The position numbers were made by a program, and so were the translations under genes. The notes below the pieces were generated by a model that made no database searches, had not been told where the DNA came from, and saw only the letters and a program-made list of their open reading frames with translations. DNA of 43,478 nucleotides from Methanoculleus sp. (lineage in GTDB: Archaea; Halobacteriota; Methanomicrobia; Methanomicrobiales; Methanoculleaceae), in assembly GCA_023230425.1 (NCBI GenBank), contig JALNXI010000001.1, positions 1 to 43,478 of the forward strand, in the 5' to 3' direction. This document shows positions 1 through 6,492 of the stretch, in pieces (positions within the stretch are counted from its first letter, which is position 1; each line of letters starts with the position of its first letter).

Positions 1-123
1 AAAAAGGGATTAAAATATCAGACGAGGAGATGGAGCGCATTAATTTGATACGCGATCCGTTTCATGGTGAATGGAATTATTCGATTCAACCTCAAATTGC
101 ATAAGTTGTTATTTCACAAGTCC
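1..123 (+). mobile_element. Right end of an ISAzo13-family insertion sequence (partial; extends left of the window)
   Basis: Transposase C-terminus at 3-104, then a putative terminal inverted repeat ...GTTATTTCACAAGTCC (ending 123) and TAA (124-126), after which the sequence resumes in register with the lipoprotein paralogs. Confidence 0.85.
3..104 (+). CDS. ISAzo13-family (Rhodopirellula-type) transposase, C-terminal fragment
   Basis: Manual translation of frame 3 gives KGIKISDEEMERINLIRDPFHGEWNYSIQPQIA*. GIKxSDEEM...FHGEWNYxIxP is the typical C-terminus of this family. Not in the ORF track. Confidence 0.88.
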   Translation, partial: KGIKISDEEMERINLIRDPFHGEWNYSIQPQIA

Positions 124-790
124 TAAGACAACCACGCCCATCGAGAACGTGACCCTCCTCGTCCCCATCCCGACGCGCGGCGACCGGCCCACTCTAGGTC
201 ATACCCAGATCTCCGATGCTTTTTACGCCGATCGACTCCCTGACCACAATACGCCCGCGATTGTCCCGGTCGATGGTTGTTACTACCTCCGGCTGACCGT
301 TCCCTACATGGATCCCGCAGAACCTATTTATGTAGATTATTACAACCGTACCTCTTTCGACCAGGAGTTCCGCCCCGAGTTCGTCCCCCAACTGATCAAT
401 ACGCTGCACCCGTTCGGCAACGAGTCGCTCTTCTCCCCAAAGCAGAACCTCACGCTGACTGCAGGATCCCCGGAAGCGGTTCGGACGAGCGGCTACAACC
501 CTGGAGGATACAGTTACTCCTATACCATCCCCGTCTACGTCTACTACGAGAACGGGAGTCAGGTTGAGATCTATTCGAATATTCGGGGTGAGAACGAATG
601 GGTTGAGCGGTTTGATGCATGGGCGCTGAATCGGTATACCGATCATTATCGTCTCGTCATCACCGGCGATCCGCAGGGCTGGATGCCTGCCGAAGGGGAA
701 GTGACGGCGGGGCAAGGGGTCTACCGGGAGTGGCAACTCGCCCCTTCCTCCACCCCTAGTTCAGGGAATAAAACGGATGCATCAGTCTGA
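124..790 (+). pseudogene. Lipoprotein paralog 1, 5' part separated by the IS insertion
   Basis: From KTTTPIENVTLLVPIP onward it aligns with paralogs 2-4. IS sequence stands where the signal peptide/lipobox would be. The 3' end GGGAATAAAACGG is one base shorter than GGGGAGTAAAACGG of paralog 4, so the stop moves to 790. Confidence 0.8.
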
Positions 791-883
791 TGTGGCCTCG
801 TCAGACCGGAAATCAGTCGATACTCGAATCTGGAACATCTTCGGGGAGATGAATGTATATCAGGAAGGAACAGACTCCTGCAT
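778..883 (+). repeat. Conserved inter-paralog spacer, copy A (palindromes plus promoter)
   Basis: 778-836 is identical to 1658-1716 (59 nt); the rest differs at only a few positions. Confidence 0.95.
851..860 (+). promoter_or_regulatory. Putative TATA-like box for leaderless transcription of paralog 2
   Basis: GAATGTATAT ends 23 nt before ATG 884; the same motif lies at near-identical spacing before paralogs 3 and 4. Confidence 0.55.
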
Positions 884-1651
884 ATGCGTCCCTGGCTCCC
901 CGCTGTCCTCCTCACCCTCGTCGTTGCCCTGGTCTTCCTCTGCGGCTGTCTCTCGGAAGAACCACATAATATAGTGAAATCTTACAATTATGCCCTCAGC
1001 ATCAAGACAAACACGCCCATCGAGAACGTGACCCTCCTCGTCCCCATCCCGATGCGCGGCGACTGGCTGGCCATCGGTCCCGTCCCGCTCTCCGATGCAT
1101 TTTACGCCGATCGCCTCTCAGAGCGTTATACGCTCGCTGTCGTCCCGGTCGACGGAAGGTACTATCTTCGGGTGACCGCTCCCTTCATGGATCCCGCAGA
1201 GCCGGTTGGTATGATCTTTCACAACCATACCTTCCTTGCAGGTGATTTTCGCCTGGAAATCGTCCCACAGCTGATCAATACGCTGCACCCGTTCGGCAAC
1301 GAGTCGCTCTTTCTCCCGAAGCAGAACCTCACGCTGACCGCGGGCTCCCCGGAGGCGGTTCGGACGAGCGGTTACAACCCCGATGGATACCGGTATTCTT
1401 ACACCATCCCTGTCTACGCATACTATGAGAACGGAACACGGGTTGAGATCTCTTCAAGGATTTGGGGAGCGAATCAGTGGAGCGAGGGATTTGATTACCA
1501 TCCGTCGAATCAATATTCCGATGCCTACTCTCTCGCTATTACTAGCGAGCCGCGGGGCTGGATGTCTGCCGAAGGGGAAGTGACGGCGGGGCGAGGGGTC
1601 TATGAAGAGTGGCAACTCGCCCCTTCCCCTACTACTGGTTTAAGGGAGTAG
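884..1651 (+). CDS. Putative surface lipoprotein, paralog 2 (function unknown)
   Basis: 255 aa; hydrophobic signal peptide ending VFLCGC (lipobox-like); several N-x-S/T sequons; paralogous to its neighbours. Confidence 0.85.
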   Translation: MRPWLPAVLLTLVVALVFLCGCLSEEPHNIVKSYNYALSIKTNTPIENVTLLVPIPMRGDWLAIGPVPLSDAFYADRLSERYTLAVVPVDGRYYLRVTAPFMDPAEPVGMIFHNHTFLAGDFRLEIVPQLINTLHPFGNESLFLPKQNLTLTAGSPEAVRTSGYNPDGYRYSYTIPVYAYYENGTRVEISSRIWGANQWSEGFDYHPSNQYSDAYSLAITSEPRGWMSAEGEVTAGRGVYEEWQLAPSPTTGLRE

Positions 1652-1657
1652 ATTGAG

Positions 1658-1761
1658 TGCATCAGTCTGATGTGGCCTCGTCAGACCGGAAATCAGTCGA
1701 TACTCGAATCTGGAACGTCTCCGGGGAAATGAATGTATACCAGGAAGAAACAGACTTCTGC
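1658..1761 (+). repeat. Conserved inter-paralog spacer, copy B
   Basis: Near-identical to 778-883, offset 880 nt. Confidence 0.95.
1731..1740 (+). promoter_or_regulatory. Putative TATA-like box for paralog 3
   Basis: GAATGTATAC ends 21 nt before ATG 1762. Confidence 0.55.
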
Positions 1762-2526
1762 ATGCATCGCCGGCCCCTCGTCGTCCTCCTCGTCCTTGTC
1801 GTTGCCCAGGTCTTCCTCTGCGGCTGTACCTCGAGTGGACCTCAAGATTTCAGCGTATCCTCATCATATACTCTCCACATCACGACGGATACCCGCATCG
1901 AGAACGTGACCCTTCTCGTTCCCATCCCGGCCCGCGGTGATCTGCCTGCCATCGGTCATGACCCGATCTCCGATGCGTTTTATGCTAACCGTTTCCCAGA
2001 GCACATTACGCCCGCGATCGTCCCGATCGACGGCCAGTATTACCTCCGGTTAACTGCCCCGTTCCTGAGCCCTGCAGAACCTGTGCGGGTGAACTATGAA
2101 AACTATACCTCCCTTGCAGGTGATTTCCGGCCTGAGATTGTCCCGCAAATGGTCGAAACACGGTATCCGTTCGGCAATGAGTCCCTCTTCCTCCCGAAGC
2201 AGAACCTCGCCCTGACCGCAGGCTCCCCGGAGGCGGTTGAAACACGTGGTATCAACCCTGGATGCCGATATTCCTACACCATCCCTGTCTACGCGTATTG
2301 TGAGAACGGAAGTCGGATCGAAGTTTATTCAACTATTTGGGGCAGGAACGGATGGGTTGAGCAATTTGATGCAGGGGCACTGAATCAATACTCCGATCGT
2401 TATCATCTCGTCATCACCGGCGAGCCGCAGGGCTGGATGGCTGCCGACGGTGTGATGACGGCAGGGGAAGGGATCTACCGGGAGTGGCAACTCAACGCCT
2501 CCACCACTTCCGGTTCAGGGGAGTAG
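1762..2526 (+). CDS. Putative surface lipoprotein, paralog 3
   Basis: Start moved from 1657 to ATG 1762 (MHRRPLVVLLVLVVAQVFLCGC) by alignment with paralogs 2 and 4; the upstream in-frame part is spacer sequence. Confidence 0.85.
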   Translation: MHRRPLVVLLVLVVAQVFLCGCTSSGPQDFSVSSSYTLHITTDTRIENVTLLVPIPARGDLPAIGHDPISDAFYANRFPEHITPAIVPIDGQYYLRLTAPFLSPAEPVRVNYENYTSLAGDFRPEIVPQMVETRYPFGNESLFLPKQNLALTAGSPEAVETRGINPGCRYSYTIPVYAYCENGSRIEVYSTIWGRNGWVEQFDAGALNQYSDRYHLVITGEPQGWMAADGVMTAGEGIYREWQLNASTTSGSGE

Positions 2527-2605
2527 AACGAATTTTTCGGCCTGCTGAGGCAGAAGGGGGCAGGAAATGGGCAGGTAACCCTACGGAGAGCGTCTCCGGG
2601 GGAAT

Positions 2606-2615
2606 GAATGTATAC
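2606..2615 (+). promoter_or_regulatory. Putative TATA-like box for paralog 4
   Basis: GAATGTATAC ends 21 nt before ATG 2637 and is preceded by CGTCTCCGGGG, as in spacer B. Confidence 0.55.
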
Positions 2616-2636
2616 TGAGAGAGAATATACCCCTCT

Positions 2637-3443
2637 ATGCGTTGCCAGCTCCCCATCGTCCTCCTCGCCCTCGTCGTTGCCCAGGTCTTCCTCTGCGGCT
2701 GTCTCTCGGGGGAACCTCAAGATCCTTATACAGATTTCAGATACGAACTCTCCATCAGGACAGCCACGCCCATCGAGAACGTGACCCTCCTTGTACCCAT
2801 CCCGACCCGCGGCGACCAGCCGGTCATCGGTCCCGAACAAATTTCTGGTGAACTTTACACCGATCCCGGCAACCTCCGAAAACATCCCTCCGATCCCTCG
2901 ACTCTTCCGGAGCACTACGATTTCGCGATCGTCCCGGTCGACGGCCAGTACTACCTCCGGCTGACCACTCCCTACATGAATCCCGCAGAACCGATCGGTG
3001 TTCGCTACTCTAATCGCACCTCTCTTGGTGACAAATTACGCCCTGAGGTCGTCCCGCAGTTGATCGATACACGGCACCCATTCGGCAACGAGTCGCTCTT
3101 CGCCCCGAAGCAGAACCTCACGCTGACAGCAAGTTCCTCCGGAACGCCCAACGAGCGCGGTTATTACAACCCCGGAGGAAACCGTTACTCCTACACCATC
3201 CCTGTCTACGCGCACTACGAGAACGGAACACAGGTCTCGATCTCGTCGAAAGTTACGGGGGCGAATCTGTGGCTTGAAGGGTTTGATTTTGCCGGGCAAA
3301 ATCGATACTCCGATGCGTACTCTCTCACCATCACCGGCGACCCGCAGGGCTGGATGCCTGCTGAAGGCAAAGTGACGGCGGGGCAGGGAGGCTACCGGGA
3401 GTGGCAACTCAACTCTTCCCCGACTTCCGGTGCAGGGGAGTAA
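2637..3443 (+). CDS. Putative surface lipoprotein, paralog 4
   Basis: 268 aa; VFLCGC lipobox; carries an extra loop insertion (PGNLRKHPSDPST) relative to the other paralogs. Confidence 0.85.
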   Translation: MRCQLPIVLLALVVAQVFLCGCLSGEPQDPYTDFRYELSIRTATPIENVTLLVPIPTRGDQPVIGPEQISGELYTDPGNLRKHPSDPSTLPEHYDFAIVPVDGQYYLRLTTPYMNPAEPIGVRYSNRTSLGDKLRPEVVPQLIDTRHPFGNESLFAPKQNLTLTASSSGTPNERGYYNPGGNRYSYTIPVYAHYENGTQVSISSKVTGANLWLEGFDFAGQNRYSDAYSLTITGDPQGWMPAEGKVTAGQGGYREWQLNSSPTSGAGE

Positions 3444-3491
3444 AACGGACGCACCGGCTCGATTTTCCAGAAAAAGAGAGGGGCGGCAGCC

Positions 3492-4613
3492 CTACACCGT
3501 CTTCACAAGCGCCGCGACGTATCGGCCGACCTCGCTCGTCTTCCTCGCCCCGCCCATGTCCCGGGTGACGAAACCGTCAAGGATGCTCCTCTCGATCGCC
3601 CGGAGGACTGCCGCCGCAGCCTCGTGCTCGCCGATGTGGTCGATGAGCATCGAGCCCGCCCAGACGGTTGCAAGTGGGTTCGCGACGTCCTGGCCCCGGT
3701 ACTTCGGCGCAGAGCCGTGGATCGGCTCGAACATGGAGGTTCCCCGGGGGTTGATGTTCCCGCCGGGGGCGAGCCCGAGCCCGCCCTGGATCATGGCACC
3801 GAGGTCGGTGATGATGTCGCCGAACATGTTCGGGGTGACGACGACATCGAACCACTCGGGGTTCTTGACGAACCACATCGTGACGGCGTCGACGAAGTTG
3901 AACTCCGTCGCGACGTCCGGGTATTCAACGGCGACTTCGGTGAAGACGTCCCGCCAGAGGCCGTAGACGTCGGAGAGGACGTTTGCCTTATCGACCGACG
4001 TGAGCCTTTTGCGCCTCCGGTCGGCGAGGTCGAAGGCGTAGCGGATCGCCCGCTCCGCACCCGGCCGGGTGACGACGCCGATCTGGTAAGCGATCTCGTC
4101 GGCGTCGGTCTCGACGTCGAGACCGAATTTGACATTGTAGAGGTCACGGACGACCTCGAGCGTCTTTCTCTCCCGCTTCCCGGCGAACCGCGAGCCGATA
4201 CCGACGTAGAAGTCCTCGGTGTTCTCCCGGACCACGACGAAGTCGATATCCTCCGGCTTTTTGTTCGCGAGCGGCGTCGTGACGCCCTCAAGGAGCCTGA
4301 TTGGCCGGAGGTTGATGAACTGGTCGAAGTGGAACCGGATAGCAAGCAGGATGCCCTTCTCGAGGATCCCGGGCTTCACCCGTTCATCACCGATGGCCCC
4401 GAAGTAGATCGCCTTGAATTTCGAGAGTTCCCGGATATCCTCCTCGGTGAGGAGTTCACCGGTCGCGAGGTAGCGCTCCGCCCCGATATCGAAGTCGGTC
4501 CACGCTATGTCAAACCCATAGCGCTCCCCTGCGGCATCGAGGACCTCTTTTCCCGCCGCTACGATCTCGGGGCCGATGCCGTCCCCGCCGATGGCGGCTA
4601 CTCGGTGCTGCAT
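3492..4613 (-). CDS. leuB: 3-isopropylmalate dehydrogenase (isocitrate/isopropylmalate dehydrogenase family)
   Basis: Start MQHRVAAIGGDGIGPE at 4613; motifs VVRENTEDFY, VDKANVL, NMFGDIITD, FEPIHGSAP; lies downstream of leuCD. Confidence 0.85.
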   Translation of the reverse strand: MQHRVAAIGGDGIGPEIVAAGKEVLDAAGERYGFDIAWTDFDIGAERYLATGELLTEEDIRELSKFKAIYFGAIGDERVKPGILEKGILLAIRFHFDQFINLRPIRLLEGVTTPLANKKPEDIDFVVVRENTEDFYVGIGSRFAGKRERKTLEVVRDLYNVKFGLDVETDADEIAYQIGVVTRPGAERAIRYAFDLADRRRKRLTSVDKANVLSDVYGLWRDVFTEVAVEYPDVATEFNFVDAVTMWFVKNPEWFDVVVTPNMFGDIITDLGAMIQGGLGLAPGGNINPRGTSMFEPIHGSAPKYRGQDVANPLATVWAGSMLIDHIGEHEAAAAVLRAIERSILDGFVTRDMGGARKTSEVGRYVAALVKTV

Positions 4614-5089
4614 GTCTCCACCCGTTCTAAGTCTTTCGCATAGGCCACGAGGCCGCCGGCCTCGACGATCGTCCGGAGGAACCCGGGCACCGGCTCGACG
4701 GCGAACTGCTTTCCGTTCACCGTGATAAAGCCCCCGGCGACGTCCACCGATACGGCGTCGCCGTCCCGGATCTCGTCGACCCCGGCGCAGACCAGCGGCA
4801 GGAGCCCGGTGTTGACGGCGTTCCGGTAGAAGATCCGGGCAAAGGACGCTGCGATCACGACCCTGATGCCGGCCCCGAGGAGCGCGAGCGGTGCGTGCTC
4901 CCGGGAGGAGCCGCACCCGAAGTTGGTACCCCCAACCACGACATCGCCTGCCCGTGCGCCCTTTGCAAACTCGTCTCTCGTCCCCTCAAACGCGTGCTTC
5001 GCGAGCTCCGCCGGATCGTAAATTGTCAGGAATCTCCCCGGTATGATCGCGTCCGTATCGATATCATTGCCAAACTTCCATGCCCGCAT
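4598..5089 (-). CDS. leuD: 3-isopropylmalate dehydratase small subunit
   Basis: DIDTDAIIPG, NFGCGSSREHA, SFARIFYRN. The specificity loop reads FLTI rather than the homoaconitase-type YLRT. Confidence 0.8.
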   Translation of the reverse strand: MRAWKFGNDIDTDAIIPGRFLTIYDPAELAKHAFEGTRDEFAKGARAGDVVVGGTNFGCGSSREHAPLALLGAGIRVVIAASFARIFYRNAVNTGLLPLVCAGVDEIRDGDAVSVDVAGGFITVNGKQFAVEPVPGFLRTIVEAGGLVAYAKDLERVETCSTE

Positions 5090-5092
5090 GGA

Positions 5093-6346
5093 TTACACCT
5101 CCCTCGGATCGGTGATCTCACCGTAGAGGGCGCTTGCCGCCGCCGTCGCCGGCGAGGCGAGGTAGACCGACGCCTGCGTGCTCCCCTGCCTGCCCCGGAA
5201 GTTCCGGTTCGACGTGGAGAGCGAGACCTCGCCGGGGGCGAGGAGGCCGAACGCGCCGCCCATGCAGGGGCCGCAGCAGGGCGCCTCGACGAGCGCTCCC
5301 GCCTCGACGAACCGCTCGATCAGCCCGGCCCGCAGCGCCTTGAGATACTCGGTGCGCGAAGCCGGTATGACGATCACGCGGACCCCGGACGCGAACGCAT
5401 CAGCGGTCCCGAGCACCTCCGCCGCCTCGGCGAGGTCTTCATACCGCCCGTTGGTGCAGGAGCCGATGAAGACCTGGTCGACCTTCGTCCCCGCCACACC
5501 CCCGACATCCACGACGTTGTCCACGTTGTGGGGGACGGCGACCTGCGGCGCAAGATCGGTGACGTCGTAGTGCCGGCGCTCTGCGTAGGCCGCATCAGGG
5601 TCGCTTGCAAGGTCGAACGGCTCGATATCACGGCGGGCGGCGACGTAGTCCCAGGTCGCCGCGTCGGGCGGCACGATCCCCGCCTTCGCCCCCATCTCGA
5701 TCGCCATGTTGGCGCAGGTCATCCGGCCCGCCATGCTCATCTCCCTTATCGCCCCGCCGGTGAACTCAAGCGTCCTATAGGTCGCGCCGTCGGCACCGAT
5801 GTCGCCGGCGAGCGAGAGGATCAGGTCTTTTGGACCCACCCTCCGGTCGAACGTCCCGTCCACGGTAAGGAGGATGCTCTCAGGAACCCGGAAGTAGAGC
5901 GCCCCGAACTTCAGCACAAAACCCATATCGGTCGACCCGATCCCGGTCGCAAATGCGCCTGCGGCACCGTAGGTGCAGGTGTGGGAGTCGGTGCCGACGA
6001 TGATCTCGCCGGGCGCCGCCCGTCCCTTCTCCATCACGACCTGGTGACAGACACCCTCGAGGAGATCGTAGTTGTGGATCCCCTGCTCCGCCGCAAACTG
6101 CCGCATGAAGACGTGGTTCTCGGCAGCCGGTATCGAGTCGGCGGGGATCTGGTGGTCGAAGAGCATGATGATCCGCTCCGGATCATAGACACGTTCTCCA
6201 CCCATCTCGCGGAAGACCCGGACCGCCAGCGGGCCGGTGATGTCGTGGATCATCGCCGCGTCCACCGGTGCCATCACCACGTCCCCCGCGCGGACAGCCC
6301 TGCCGCACGTTTGCGAAAATATCTTTTCTGCGATCGTCGCCGCCAT
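5093..6346 (-). CDS. leuC: 3-isopropylmalate dehydratase large subunit (aconitase family; HacA/DmdA paralog not excluded)
   Basis: [36 protein letters not shown] motifs. Confidence 0.8.
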   Translation of the reverse strand: MAATIAEKIFSQTCGRAVRAGDVVMAPVDAAMIHDITGPLAVRVFREMGGERVYDPERIIMLFDHQIPADSIPAAENHVFMRQFAAEQGIHNYDLLEGVCHQVVMEKGRAAPGEIIVGTDSHTCTYGAAGAFATGIGSTDMGFVLKFGALYFRVPESILLTVDGTFDRRVGPKDLILSLAGDIGADGATYRTLEFTGGAIREMSMAGRMTCANMAIEMGAKAGIVPPDAATWDYVAARRDIEPFDLASDPDAAYAERRHYDVTDLAPQVAVPHNVDNVVDVGGVAGTKVDQVFIGSCTNGRYEDLAEAAEVLGTADAFASGVRVIVIPASRTEYLKALRAGLIERFVEAGALVEAPCCGPCMGGAFGLLAPGEVSLSTSNRNFRGRQGSTQASVYLASPATAAASALYGEITDPREV

Positions 6347-6492
6347 GAAATATCGAGTTCCAGGTACGCGCTCCAGACGTATCTAGTTTGGCAGGAGACG
6401 CTCCGACCGGGCAGGGAATCTGAGTCCATTTCGCCCGCTTTCCCGGGGGATTACCCTTATGTGAATCCATGCGGATTGTATAGGGAGAAGCG

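Noticed and set aside
777-974. 65-aa ORF MHQSDVASS... and the same peptide as an N-terminal extension at 1657
   Set aside because: It is a translation of the repeated spacer; the two copies run into different frames of the downstream genes, and the signal peptides begin later
778-1761. CRISPR array
   Set aside because: Only two repeat copies, 880 nt apart and separated by a whole gene; no cas genes
124-3443. Diversity-generating retroelement, integron or shufflon as the explanation for the lipoprotein array
   Set aside because: No reverse transcriptase or recombinase in the window, differences between copies are not adenine-restricted, and the spacers lack attC GTTRRRY/RYYYAAC ends. A trans-acting enzyme elsewhere cannot be excluded.
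4614-4916. 100-aa N-terminal extension of LeuB
   Set aside because: Overlaps leuD in another frame; family homology starts at MQHRV (4613)
6347-6492. Attenuator or leader peptide upstream of leuC; AATCC-N4-GGATT palindrome at 6464-6477
   Set aside because: No Leu-rich leader peptide or terminator/antiterminator pair is evident, and the palindrome is too short to support alone
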